A DNA stretch of 64,000 nt from Dictyostelium discoideum (taxonomy: Eukaryota): the NCBI GenBank assembly GCA_000004695.1, contig CM000151.3, positions 5,216,001 through 5,280,000 on the forward strand. The letters are read 5' to 3'. Both the position numbers and the translations under genes were made by a program. Numbering within the stretch: the first letter of the stretch is position 1; each line of letters begins with the position of its first letter. This document shows positions 44,668 to 57,564 of the stretch, one piece after another. The notes beneath the pieces were generated by a model. The model worked only from the letters and a program-made list of their open reading frames with translations, ran no database searches and was not told where the DNA came from.

Positions 44668-46157
44668 ATGAGATTATTAGTTTTATTCCTTTTATTAACT
44701 CTAACTTTTTCAAATTTAATTGTAAGTTTTAATATTAAATTCTAAAATAAAAATTAAATTATAAAATTATTAACATTTTTAATTAGAATGCAGATAATTC
44801 AAAATCATCTTCATTGGAATCATCAAATGCACATGATTTATCATCTCCATCACCCTTAATTCAACCAAAACCTTCTGAAAATCAAGCAGGTATTCCAGCA
44901 TCTGGAAAACCAATTGATCCCAAAAAGGAAGTTGTAACTCTATCATCTTCTCCTTCAGTTTCACCAAGCTCTTCTCCAAGCTCATCACCATCATCCTCAC
45001 CATCTGTCTCCCCAAGCTCTTCACCTTCATCATCACCAAGTTCTTCCCCAAGTTCTTCACCAAGTTCTTCTCCTTCATCCTTACCATCTTCTTCACCATC
45101 AGTCCAACCAAGCTCTTCACCAAGTTCTTCACCTTCATCTTCACCATCAGCTCAACCAAGTTCCTCACCATCTTCTTCACAATCAGTCCAACCAAGCTCC
45201 TCCCCAAGCTCCTCACCATCCACCACCCCAAGTTCACCAAGTGAAACTCATTCATCATCATCCCATTCACAAGATTCTTCAGCACCAAGAGGTGTAGGAA
45301 AAATGGTAGTCCCAGCTGATAACAAAGAAACTGGATCATCATCATCAAATTCACAAGATTCATCTGCATCATCTTCTCAAGCTCCATCATCTTCATCATC
45401 TCATGGTTCATCTGAATCTTCTGCTCAAGGATCATCAGAACAAAATTCATCAGAACAAAATGGCTCTAAAAAATTGGTAGTCCCAGCCAGTGATAACAAA
45501 GAAGTTTCATCATCACATGGTTCATCTGCATCATCACAAGCACCATCATCTTCACATAGTTCTTCAGAATCTTCCCCAAATACTGCTTCTTCACATGAAT
45601 CTTCCCATGATGTATCATCCAATAATCCATCTTCAGAATCATCAGAAAATACTGCTTCTTTACATGCCTCTTCTCATGATTCTTCTTCTCATGCCTCTTC
45701 TCATGATGCTGCTTCTCACGCCTCTTCTCATGATGCTGCTTCTCATGCCTCTGCTCATGATGCTTCTTCACATGCCTCTTCTCATGATGCTGCTTCTCAC
45801 GCCTCTTCTCATGATGCTTCTTCACATGCCTCTTCTTCACATGATTCAAAAGCACCAAATGGAATTGGAAAATTAGTAGTCCCAGCTGATAACAAACAAA
45901 CTGGCTCGCACTCATCCAATTCTCAATCTGAAGAAAACTCAAAGGATAATTCATCAAATTCACAAGATTCATCAGCATCATCTTCTCAAGCACCATCATC
46001 TTCAAATTCTCATAGTTCATCTGAACCATCAACCAACAAAACCATTGAATCAAATGAAGACAAGAAATCTTCATCATCTCAAGCTGGTTCTCACACCTCC
46101 TCTTTATCAGAAAAATCACCAGCATTTCACCAATCTAGTTCCTCATCCAAACAATAG
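44668..46157 (+). CDS. Secreted Ser/Pro-rich mucin-like repetitive protein. Exons 44668..44721 and 44787..46157.
   Basis: The signal peptide MRLLVLFLLLTLTFSNLI ends at ATT|GTAAGT. The acceptor aattAG|AATGCAGAT is in frame with the ORF at 44814..46157. The body contains (SPSSS)n and (SHDAAS/SHASSHD)n tandem repeats, and a KLVVPAD/S motif recurs three times. The long antisense ORFs across this region are repeat artefacts. Confidence 0.6.
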
Positions 46158-46308
46158 ATGAATTTTTATTGTTATTTTTTATTTTAGAACCTTTTTGTAA
46201 ATAGCTTTTTCTTCAATTTTTTCCCCACTAATCAATTATTAATAATTAATTATTTAGTGAAATAAAATTTTTAAATTCATCCAAAAATTATTTATAATTT
46301 TATTATTA

Positions 46309-46371
<63 letters not shown>

Positions 46372-46568
46372 TGGTATTATTATTATTAGTATTATTATTC
46401 TAATCAATAATATTATCAATAATAATATTATAATTATATATTTTTTTTTTTTTTTTTTTTAATTTTAATAAATAATTTGTTTATTTTTATTTTTTTTTAT
46501 TTTTTTATTTTTTTTTATTTATTTCTTTTAAATGATTTTACAATTTTAATATTATATTTTAAAAAAGA

Positions 46569-48039
46569 TTATTGATTTGAAAGTTGAGTTAAAATTGAAG
46601 AATTTAAAGGACTTTGATTACTAGTACTACTATTTAAACTATCACCATTTTCACTATTATCACCACTGATACTTGTATTTGTATTACTACTTATACCACT
46701 ACCACCACCATCATTTGTTTGCTGTTGTTGTTGTTGTTGTTGTTTTTCAATATTTGATAATTCATCTGTTAAAATTGTGTCCAATTGTTTGAAACTTTCT
46801 TCCAATTTCTTTGATAACTCTGTTGGCTCTTCAATAGAAGATGATTCAAATGTATTATTTGCATGAGAAATTAATTCCATTGTAATTTCGTATGTATAAA
46901 ACAATGTCCTCTTAATTCTTAATACTTTATCCTCATCATTTGACATTGGTGGCTTTTCTGTTTTAAATTTATAATTTAGTATATTTTTAATTGGTGCCAT
47001 ATGATCCTAAAAATAATTAAAAAAAAAAAGAAAATAAGTTAATATCTTTTTTTTTTTTTTTTTTTTTTTTTTATAAAAATAATATTTACATCTGAAATCT
47101 TTTTAAATAATTTAATTAAACCAATACCTTGATTAACAGTTTCAATATCATCAACATATGATTTAATTCTACCAAGATTACTTGAAATATTAATATAATA
47201 GATCTGCATATCAATTGGTGTTAAATAATCATCAACTTTAAGATTTGATTTGTTATTTATTCGTTTTGTGTTGTTGTTATTATTATTATTACTACTATTT
47301 GGTATATTGATATTAATTATTGGAGTTGCTATATTATTTGAAGTTGGTGTAGTTGGGGGTGGTGGTGTAGTTGGCGCAGTTGGTGTAGTTGGAGGTGGTG
47401 GTGTTGCAGTATCTGCAATTCCATTATTAGTTATAGTATTAGTAGTATTATTATTATTATTATTATTTGAACCATTATCAACTATAACGAAATCTGAAGA
47501 ATTTAAAGAAGATTTTACAGGAGGAGTATTTAAAGAAGGTGAAGAAGAATCACCAGTGATGATTGCAGAACGATTTTGGGGTGAAGTTGGTAATGATGGT
47601 AATGGTTTAGTTTGAGATGAGATATCAGATTGAGATCTTAGCTTACCAATTGTAGTTGGTAAACTTGCCATATCCATTGAAGTTTGAGATACTTGAGGGA
47701 AAATAGTTAAAACATGTTCAACCAATAAACAAAATAAACTATTGAAATCAGCAAAAGTCTCTGGTCTTTGAATATCCTCTGCTTTTAAATTTGGTATTGG
47801 TTCCAAAATCGATGGTCCAATAACAACACTAAGATTGGTTAAATCCATTTTAGTTACATCACGATGTTGATTCATTAAACTGCAAATTAATAAAATCTGT
47901 TTTAATAATGCCTGATTACAAACTGGTAATGTTGAAATTAATCTTCTTAATTCTGTTATAATTGTACCACCACTACCACCACCACTATTATTATTACCAC
48001 TACTACCAACAATATTTAAATTACTACTACTATTACTAA

Positions 48040-48076
<37 letters not shown>

Positions 48077-49160
48077 TTTAGCAACTGTTAAATATTTTGA
48101 ATAAACATTATAAAGCACTAATGGTTCAGGTAAAGATCTAAGGAATAATTTTAATACTGATGAAACACAATGTGGATCAATGATAGATGCACTCAATTCT
48201 AATGGTGCTCCACTTTCAATCTTTTGTTGTAATGCTTCAAGTGATGATTTACCTGCTGAAACCCTAAACATACCTTCGGTATTTATTGATTCTTTCTCTA
48301 AATATCTAAATATTTCATCTAAAAATGATGGTAATGGTTTATTACTTTCTCTTGCAAATACTTCTTCTAATTTAATTCCAAATGTTTTCTTTGGTACATA
48401 ATTTCTTAATTTTGCTGCAACTTTATTCTAAAATTTATATATAAACATATTTTTTTGGAAAAAAAAATTAGAAGAGTGATATTTTTAAAATAAAAAAAAA
48501 AAAATAAAAAAATAAAAAAAAAAAAAATATACATACAGTTTCTAAAATTATTTTTTTATAATTATCAATATCAGATTTAATTTTTGACATTTGAAAAACA
48601 CCTCTTTGAAAAAAGTCATTATAGGATTCGAAAGAGGATAATATAGTTTGTACGGTTGAGTTTTCTAAAGCCAATTCAGAGTCATTGTAGAGTTGAAGTG
48701 TTTCTTTTTGAGTACGTTCAAATGCTTCGGTGTCCTTTTTAAGGTTTGCAGAAGATGATTTACTCGTGTCAGTTGATAGATTCTTTAATTTCTTTTTACC
48801 CTCTTTTACCATCTCCAATTGAATGCTTATGGTTTGTTTCAATGGTTGGGTTGTACGATCGTATAATAGGTTACCTAAATGATTGAATACTTCGCTTATA
48901 CTATTTTGCCATTCCGATGCTCTTGATAAACAATCTGTAATTGGTATACGTGAATTAAAGTATGCTGCATCCATTGAATATTTTTTCATTGATTCCGCAA
49001 TCTGTTTACTTTGTAATGACATTTGGAAAAATGTTTGTTGTTGTTTTTCCATTGTCCTTTGAATTTCATCCATATGTGCTACATTCTCTTTAATTCTATT
49101 ATAAACTTCTTCTTGATCCATATTTTGTATGTTCTTTTTCCTTAAAGATTTTATATTCAT
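46569..49160 (-). CDS. RhoGAP domain protein with N-terminal coiled-coil/BAR-like region. Exons 48537..49160, 47090..48427 and 46569..47006.
   Basis: Exon 1 (MNIKSLRKK...KKIILET) ends at ACT|GTATGT. The acceptor ttttAG|AATAAAGTT opens ..KTFGIKLEEVFARESNKPLPSFLDEIFRYLEKESINTEGMFRVSAGKSSLEALQQKIESG...LPVCNQALLKQILLICSLMNQHRDVTKMDLTNLSVVIGPSIL, with the RhoGAP arginine-finger and core motifs. A TCAGAT|GTAAAT donor and tttttAG|GATCATATG acceptor join in frame to the C-terminal exon (ORF 46569..47000). Confidence 0.7.
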
Positions 49161-49439
49161 TTTTTAATTTTTTTTTTTTTTTTTTTTTCTTACTTTTTTG
49201 ATATTATTTTTTAAAATATTATTATTATTATTAATTTTTTTTTTTATGAGATGAATAATTATAAATATATATAATATGTTTTTTTTTTTTTTTTTTTTTT
49301 TTGTTAATTAATTAATTAATTTTGAAATTAAATAGAATGGTATCAAAAAGAAATAAAATAATTGGTACTTTTTTAAAAAAAAAAATGGTGTGATGAGTTT
49401 TATTTTATTTTTTTTTTTTATTTTTTTTTTTTTGTTTTT

Positions 49440-49650
49440 TTTTCTTTGTGTATGTGTTTAAAACTGGTATGTGTGAGGTGTAAGTGGTGAGAAGGTAAAT
49501 TATTGTACAAATTTTTATAAATGTAGATAGATATTAATAAAAATATAAAGAGAATGAAATGAATGAGAAAACACAAAAATGTGATTTTGGGGGGTGTATG
49601 TTTTTTTCTTTTTCTTTTTCTTTTTCTTTTTCTTTTTTTTTTTTATATAT
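49440..49650. promoter_or_regulatory. Divergent promoter region between the RhoGAP gene (-) and gpbB/RACK1 (+) with GT-rich box cluster and (CTTTT)n/(TTTTC)n repeat.
   Basis: The region contains gtgtatgtgtttaaaactggtatgtgtgaggtgtaagtggtgagaagg at about 49448-49500 and ggggggtgtatg followed by ctttttctttttctttttctttttc at about 49585-49640. The two genes start in opposite directions at 49160 and 50629. Confidence 0.4.
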
Positions 49651-50006
49651 TGTTATTTTTTATTTTTTTTTTTTTTTTATAATACAATAATGTAACAAAG
49701 GTGGTTTTTTTTTTTTTTTTTTTTTTTTTCCTAAATTATCTATCTATATTTTTTTTTTTTTTTTTTTTTTTTTCAAATAAAAAAAAATATATCACTTTCT
49801 TCGTATTTAGGTATGAATTTGATATATGAGAAAAAAAAAGAAATAAATACAAATACAATTGCGCAATAAATATAATGTGTTTTGTTGACAATAAAATAAA
49901 AAAAAATCTCTTTTTTTATCTTTTTATTTTTATTTTTATTTTTATTTTTTTTTTGAAAATTTTTTTTTTTTAGAATTTTTTATATTTTTATTATAAGTAA
50001 ACACAC

Positions 50007-50041
<35 letters not shown>

Positions 50042-50628
50042 CAAAAAAAAATGATTATCAAATTTTGAAAATAAAATAATTAAAAAAAAAATACAAAAAA
50101 AAAAAAAATTAAAGATAAAAATAAAAATAAAAAATAAGGTCTTTTTTGGTTGTTATTGGCCATATTTTTTTTTTTTTGATTGTCCAAAATTAAAGATAAA
50201 AATAAAAAAAAAAATAAAAAAAAAAAAGTGGGAATTAATTAAAGCGATCAATTCATCCCATTTATACTTTTTTTAAACTTGAAAAAAAAAAAAAAAATAA
50301 ATAAAAAAAAAAAATAAAAAAAAAAAAATTTAAATCCCAACAAAGGACAATATCATTTGTATAGTTTAATTTTGATTTAAACTTTAATAATTCATATTTA
50401 TTTATTTTTTTTTATTTTTATTTTTATTTTTTTTCTCAAAAACAATCAAAAATGAACTACGTGACTTTTTTTTTTTAATTTTTTACTTTTTTTTTATTTT
50501 TTTTTTTTTTTCAATTTTTTTTTTTTTTAAAATTTTTTTTTTTTTCCAAAAACCGAAAGTGAGAGAGGTCAAAAATTTTTTTTTTTTTTTTCATTCAGTT
50601 TTTCTTTAGCCTATAGTATTCATCAGAA

Positions 50629-51764
50629 ATGGAACAACAAAAAGCACCACAAGTATGTCTCACTTTTTTTAAAATTTCTTTAAATAATTTTTTTATTTTT
50701 TTTTATTTTAAATATTCAATTTGAATAAAATAAAATGAAATAATAAAAATAAAAATAAAAATATTAATTATTATTAAATTTTTATAAAATAATTTTAGGT
50801 TACTTACTTAGAAGTCGGATCATTAGTTGGTCACAACGGTTTTGTCACCTCTATTGCCGTTTCACCAGAAAACCCAGATACCATCATTTCATCATCACGT
50901 GATAAGACTGTTATGGTATGGCAATTAACCCCAACTGATGCCACCTCACCAGGTAAAGCCCACAGATCACTCAAGGGTCACTCACACTTTGTTCAAGATG
51001 TTGTCATTTCCCACGACGGTCAATTCGCCTTATCAGGTTCATGGGATAATACCTTAAGATTATGGGATATCACCAAAGGTGTTTCAACCCGTCTCTTCAA
51101 AGGTCACACTCAAGATGTTATGTCTGTTGCCTTCTCATCAGACAACCGTCAAATCATTTCAGGTTCACGTGATGCCACCATCAAAGTTTGGAACACCCTC
51201 GGTGAATGTAAATTCACTTTAGAAGGTCCAGAAGCTCATCAAGATTGGGTTTCATGTATCAGATTCTCACCAAACACCCCAACCATCGTTTCAGGTTCAT
51301 GGGATAACAAAGTTAAGATCTGGGATATCAAGAGCTTCAAATGCAACCACACCTTAACTGACCATACCGGTTACGTCAACACTGTCACCATCTCTCCAGA
51401 CGGTTCATTATGTGCCTCTGGTGGTAAAGATACCTTTGCTTGTCTCTGGGAATTATCATCTGGTAAACCATTATACAAATTAGAAGCTCGTAACACCATC
51501 AATGCTCTTGCTTTCTCACCAAACAAATATTGGTTATCTGCTGCCACTGATGACAAAATCATCATTTGGGATCTCCTCACCAAACAAGTTCTCGCTGAAA
51601 TCGTCCCAGAAGTCAAAGAACAAGCTTTCGACTCAAAGAAAAAGAAAGAATCAAAACCAAAAGCACCAGCTTGTCTCTCCCTCGCTTGGTCTGCTGATGG
51701 TTCAGTCTTATATGCTGGTTACAATGATGGTTTAATCCGTGTTTACAAATCATCATCCCAATAA
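50629..51764 (+). CDS. gpbB: RACK1 (receptor for activated C kinase 1; G-beta-like WD40 protein). Exons 50629..50652 and 50799..51764.
   Basis: The 8-codon first exon (MEQQKAPQ) ends at a GTATGT donor. The acceptor aattttAG|GTTACTTAC gives ..[153 protein letters not shown]. This is about 60-70% identical to human RACK1 throughout. Confidence 0.9.
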
Positions 51765-52081
51765 ATTTTTTAATTAAAATTTCAAAAAAAAAAAATAATA
51801 ATGTGTGTTTTTATTTCTTTTTTTAATTTTTTTATTTATTTATTTATTTTTTTTCTTTAAATCTAATTAAACACAATTTTTAATATTTTTTTAATTTCCT
51901 ATGTTCAATTTTTTTTTTTTTTATTATTATTTTTTTAATAAATTGTTGTGATATCTGTTTGCTGGAATGGGAAAACTTTTTTTTTTATTTTATTATTTTT
52001 ATTTTATTTTTTTTTTTTTTTATTTTTTCCTTTTTGCAATCAAGAGAATTAATTTAAAAAAGATAATTTAAATAATAAAAA

Positions 52082-52260
52082 TGGTAGGACATTCAACATA
52101 TATCTTAGAATCAATCTATGTAGATCAAGTTAATAATATTCAAATACTGGTGGTTTAACAAAGAAGTATTTGAAAAAATGGACATTTTGAAAGAATTTCA
52201 AAATATAATGAAATCTCACTACGAATTAGTTGAACTAAAAAAGAATTGAGAAAAATGAAA
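52082..52260 (+). pseudogene. Degenerate upstream duplicate of the 52701..52886 small ORF (deletion producing a premature TAA).
   Basis: The sequence aaaATGGTAGGACATTCAACATATATCTTAGAATCAATCTATGTAGATCAAGTTAATAATATTCAAATACTGGTGGTTTAA.. aligns with the intact copy. It has about a 10-nt deletion (GCAAAATCCA) that gives a stop after 25 codons. The downstream ..ATGAAATCTCACTACGAATTAGTTGAAC.. is still alignable. Confidence 0.35.
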
Positions 52261-52582
52261 TTATAATTCTCTTTTTATTTTCTAAATTAAATAAAATTAA
52301 ATAAAAAAAAATAAAAATAAAAATAAACAAAATATTTGGATAAAATTAATAAATTAAATTTAAACTTTCCTTTTTTTATTATTTTTTTTTTTACTTTTTT
52401 ATTTTTTTTTAAAAATTTAAATCCAATTAAAATTCTAAAATATTTTTAAATATATTCTAATTTTTAATATTTTTTTAATTTTGTATAATTTATTTTTTTA
52501 AATCTTTATTTTTTTATTTTTTTATTTTTTCTTTTTATTTTCTGGAAACATTTTAGAAATATCTGTTGGTTGAAAGAAATTG

Positions 52583-52614
<32 letters not shown>

Positions 52615-52700
52615 CTATATAAAGGGAATTAATTAAATATTTTTAATTTTTGCTAATCAAAAAACAATATATTTAAAAATAGATAATTTAAATAATAAAA

Positions 52701-52886
52701 ATGGTAGAACAATCAACATCCACCTTAGAATCATACTATGAAGATCAAGTTAGTAATCTTCAAATGGCAAAATCCAGTGGTATACAAAAAGAAGTAATTG
52801 AAAAAATGTTTAATTTGAAAGAATTTCAAAGTATAATGAAATCTCACTACGAATTAGTTGAACAAAAAAAGAAATTAGAAAAATGA
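52701..52886 (+). CDS. Small 61-aa acidic/helical ORF of unknown function (intact copy of a locally duplicated unit).
   Basis: It has an ATG in AAAATGG context and ordinary codon usage. It is intact, whereas the upstream duplicate has decayed, and the 5' flank is conserved between the copies. No homology is recognisable. Support comes only from the duplication pattern. Confidence 0.35.
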   Translation: MVEQSTSTLESYYEDQVSNLQMAKSSGIQKEVIEKMFNLKEFQSIMKSHYELVEQKKKLEK

Positions 52887-53331
52887 AGAATTATAATTCT
52901 CTCTTTTTATTTTTCAAAACTTATAAACTAAATAAATAAACAAAAACATGTTTGGTTAAAATTAATTAAATTTAAATTTTCCTTTTTTTTTATTTTTTTT
53001 TGTTTTTCCATAAAATATTAATTTAATCTAACCCCACTGCTATTTTTATAATTTGCATATTTTTTTTTTTTTTACTCTAATTTTTTTTTAAAACATTTTT
53101 TTTTTTTTTTTTTTAAATTTTTTTTTTTAAAAATTTTATTTTAAAAATATTGATGATTGCGATCTGAATGGCTAAATCACACACTGGTGAATAACAAAAA
53201 ATTAAATTTAGAATTGGGTGGCAAAAATAATAAAAAAAAAAAATAAAAAAGGATTTCAATATTTGCAAAAGTTTGGGAAAAGCATCAATACCAATAATTC
53301 AAATTATTTCATCCTAAAAGTTTTTTAAAAT

Positions 53332-53362
<31 letters not shown>

Positions 53363-53411
53363 CCTTTTAATTCATTTTTTTTTAATTTTTTTTATTTTTC
53401 CACAATATAAC

Positions 53412-53447
<36 letters not shown>

Positions 53448-53580
53448 TTTTTAATTTTTTTTTTAATACATATAACAATTACCAACACAACAGATAAAAC
53501 AATAACCATTCGAATAATTATACATATAAAGTTTTTTTATTTTTTTTTTTATTTGTATAATATATTAATGGTTCACAAAA

Positions 53581-53583
53581 ATA

Positions 53584-53666
<83 letters not shown>
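53581..53666. repeat. (AAT)n microsatellite, ~28 units, intergenic.
   Basis: An uninterrupted aataat... run lies between the duplicated small-ORF locus and the PQ-loop gene. Similar (ATT)n tracts occur at about 20340-20390, 46310-46380 and 62840-62920. Confidence 0.9.
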
Positions 53667-54343
53667 GAATAATAAAGATAAAAAAGATTATTTAAAAAAA
53701 AAAAGAAACAATTAAATCAACATTATTTTATTATTATTCAAGTAAATTTATTGGTTTTTTTAATGTTGTAAATTCAAATACAAAAAAAAAAAAATAAAAA
53801 AAAAAAAAAAAATAAAAAAATAATAATTATAATAAAAATAATTTAATAAATAAATATAAAATCATAATAAAAAAAAAAACAGAAGCCTTTCATTATTTTC
53901 ACTTTTTTTTTTTTTTTTTACTTGAAATTTCAAGGGCTTGCTACAATTTTTTTGGGAGAGTCGTATCGAAAAGCTCAAATTCATTTTTCAATTTTTCAGC
54001 CTTATCGTTTTTATAAGCGGAATTGCAACCATTACCAACAACTGTAAAAATATTCAAAATTATAAAAAAATAAAAAAAAAAAAATCAACACTTTGTACAA
54101 AAAAAAAAAAAAAACAAAAAATTATCACATTGCATTAATCACAACAACCTTTGTAAATAGTATCACACCCACCCCACAATACACACACGCACATCACCAA
54201 TTTCACCATCAATTTCACCATTAATTTCACCATCAATTTCACCACTTTATTATTAAAATTAGTATATAAAATTTCAATCGATCAAAATTAAAATAGTCAA
54301 TTAAAAAAGAAAATAAAAATAAAAAACATATATATAATATCAA

Positions 54344-55611
54344 ATGTCTTCAAAATATTGTATAAATGGGACAATAGATCCATCAACAACAGAGGAATTT
54401 GAAGGAGTTATAGTAGATATGAATATTGGAGGAGTATTACTAGGTATTTTTTTATTAGTTGGCTGTTGTTTTTCGATTATACCACAACACATAAAAATTG
54501 TAAAAACTAAATCAGTAGTGGGATTAAGTTTCCTTTGGATGTTTTTAGGTAATATAAATCAATTTAGTGGTTTTATAAATATGTGTAAGTTTCAGTGGTA
54601 CCAAATTTAAATAATAATAATAATCATAATTATAAGAATTTTAAATTAATAATAATTCAATTTTTTTGTTTAGTTGTTTTAAAATTCCCGCAGGTTCAAG
54701 CATGTAGTACATTGGGATTTGCAAGATGTGGTCCTTCTTTATTATCATTATTTCAATCATTTGGTATATGGTTATTCTCATTTCCAATGTATGTATTAAT
54801 TAAATCATTTATTTTTAAAACTATTTAAAATGATAATATTAATATTTATTTATTTATTTTTAAAAAAAGTTATATATTATATTTAATTTTTGCACCAAAT
54901 GATTTAAAATTTATAGAAAAGACAAGTTTAAAAGATTTATCATCAGCAAGAAAAGAATATAGGTTAGCACAATTGTTTTTTTTAATGTTGGTGATGTTTT
55001 TATCATCGATAATACTGGTAGTTGGAATTTTAGTTAGTGATATTGTTGGAACATGTACACATACAACTTATATATTTGGTTATGGTATGGGAATGCTTTC
55101 AACGATTATAACGTTTGTACAATGGTCACCACAAATTTATAAAACCATTAGAGATAAAGCAGTTGGTTCATTTTCAATCATTATGCTTTGTATACAGGGT
55201 CCTGGTTCACTAATTAATTTATATTATTTAATTTTCGTTTCAAAAGAGAGCGTTTCAACTTGGTTAGCATATTTATGTTCATCAGTTCAAATTTTCATAC
55301 TTTTGGGATTATTAATATTTTTCGATCGTAGAAATAAGAGAATTGCAAGAGAACTAAAAGAATCATCAATTGAAGAACAAGATATTCATTCTGGTTCTCC
55401 AAATCAATCTGTTTTAAATTATAAAGAAACTCATCCATTGTTATTTACACAATCACCATCATTAAAATCACAACAACAAAATAATAATAATAATAATAAT
55501 AATAATTCCTCAAATCAAAATCAATCTAAAAATCATAGCATTTTAAATTCTTCTTTCAACTCTAGTTATCATGAAGAAAATGACAGAGAGGAATATTCTG
55601 ATCAAATTTAA
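54344..55611 (+). CDS. PQ-loop repeat (7-TM) transporter family protein (PQLC2/Ypq/cystinosin superfamily). Exons 54344..54584, 54674..54788 and 54870..55611.
   Basis: There are two PQ-loop signatures: IIPQHIKIVKTKSVVGLSFLWMFLGNINQF and WSPQIYKTIRDKAVGSFSIIMLCIQGPG. The first donor is ATGT|GTAAGT with acceptor ttgtttAG|TTGTTT (phase 1). The second is CCAAT|GTATGT with acceptor aaaaaAG|TTATAT (phase 2). Both were verified to read ..SFPI|YILYLIFAPND.. into the ORF at 54973..55611. Confidence 0.7.
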
Positions 55612-55739
55612 AAATAAAAATAAATATAAAAACAATAATGATATATTTGGTAAATGATTAAAAATAAAAATAAAAAAAGTTAATTTTTTAAAAAAAAAAA
55701 AATAAAAAAAAAAAAAAAAAAGTTTATTTTGGAGGTGGT

Positions 55740-55808
<69 letters not shown>

Positions 55809-55933
55809 ATTAAAAAAAGGATTTTAAAGTTTTAAATAAATAAAATAACACATTGGTAAAGTTAATTAAAAATATAATAGAATTATATACTAATCCAAAA
55901 AGTTGAATATTTTTAAAGTAAATCAAATTTGTG

Positions 55934-55979
<46 letters not shown>

Positions 55980-56268
55980 AAAAGTAAATGCAAATATTCT
56001 TTTGCCAACTCATTCAAAGATATTTATTTTACTCATTTTTTTAAGCCCGTCAAGATTTTTTTTTTTTTATGATTGAAAAGTTATTTTTTTTTTTTTTTTT
56101 TTTTTTTTATTATTTTTTCTTTTTTTTATTTTTAAAAAAAAAATTAAATTTATTTTTTTTTTAATAAATTTTTTTTTTTTTTTTTTTTTTCTTTTTCCTT
56201 TTTTTTTTCCAACCTTAATAAAAAAATAAACTCATGTACATATAAAAATTAAAATAAAAGAAAAAAAA

Positions 56269-57564
56269 ATGAAAAGGACGATAATAATATTATTATTTGT
56301 ATCATTATTTGTAACATTTGTTTTATCACAAATACCAGATAATGATCCAGAATTATGTCAACAAAGAATTCAAAGAGAGGATTGTCCACAAACACCAGTA
56401 CCATGGGGAACATTCAATGACAATGACGAAATCGAAGTCTACTATATGCAAGCACCAGTTTTCGAAGCAGTTTTTGGAAATTTCTTTGGTAAGTTGGGTG
56501 GATATCATTCAGCAATTGGTTTCTATGACCTTACAACTGGTTTAAATTATACAGCAGAATATGATGCTTTCTTTGAAGTAGGAAATGGTACATTACCAAA
56601 TATCATAAATGTCGATGGTAAAGATGAACTTTTATGGTGTAATGCTGGTATCCTTTGTACTGTTCCATACATTAATGAAACTTATTGGGATAAAAACATC
56701 TATTCAACTGCTTCAAAAACTTATATGGGAACAATTAATGGTACTCAATTAAATCAATATATCGAATGGATGCAACAATATAATATTTCAAATCCAGGTA
56801 AATATTTATAATAATTTTATTTTTTTATTATACATTTATTTTTATATGTATATAAAAAAAAAAAAAAAAACATATATAATTATTATTTATATGTACTAAA
56901 AATATAAAATATTTATTTGTGGGTGTGTGGTTTGGATAAAAAAAAAAAAAAAAATATCTAATATATTTAATTTTATTATTTTTTTTTTTTAAATTTTTTA
57001 TTTTATATTTTTTTTTTTAGTATACCAAACATGGGACGTCTGGAACAATTATGGTCAAGATTTGTTTGTTCCATCAACAACATGTGATGATTTCACTCAA
57101 CAATCAATCGAACATTTAGGTAGTATTGGTATTAATTATAATTGTTCAACAGTTTTCAAGAGAGATTACATTAATCTTTTCACTGAAAAACCACAACCAA
57201 TCGATTTCACAGAACATTATGATGATATCTTTAAATTCTATGAAGCTGTATTAGAAATTAAAGAAGGCTCAATTGCACAAATCATTGAAAGAATTTTATC
57301 AATCATTGGTTTAAAGAAATATATTTACGTTCAAGGTGAATATTATTTATTAGAATTAAATTATCCGTATGTATTAAATAAATAAATTTTTTTAAAAAAA
57401 TAAATAAATAAAATAAAATAAACTAAAAAAATAATTATGCTAACATATTTAAATTTAAAAATATATATAGATTTATGAATGCAAAATATGATTATATCAC
57501 ATTACCAGGTTGTCCAGCAAATGGTATCGATTATGAAAATGGCAATTTTATTCATCTCAATTAG
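56269..57564 (+). CDS. cln5: CLN5 (neuronal ceroid lipofuscinosis protein 5) ortholog, secreted/lysosomal. Exons 56269..56797, 57021..57366 and 57471..57564.
   Basis: A signal peptide (MKRTIIILLFVSLFVTFVLS) is followed by ..DEIEVYYMQAPVFEAVFGNFFGKLGGYHSAIGFYDLTTGLNYTAEYDAFFEVGNGTLPNI..LWCNAGILC... This matches human CLN5 ..[69 protein letters not shown].. plus ..QTWDVW..TCDDF... The donors are CCAG|GTAAAT and TATCC|GTATGT, with acceptors ttttAG|TATACC and atatAG|ATTTATG (phases 1 and 2). The protein ends ..GNFIHLN*. Confidence 0.8.

Noticed and set aside
44779-46125. Minus-strand ORFs 44779..45450 (223 aa) and 45466..46125 (219 aa), and plus-strand ORF 45490..45876, overlapping the Ser/Pro-rich gene.
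   Set aside because: They are alternative-frame translations of the (TCNCCA)n / (CATGMNKCT)n tandem repeats. The sense frame has a signal peptide, a splice-supported start and continuous repeat structure, and the others are repeat artefacts.
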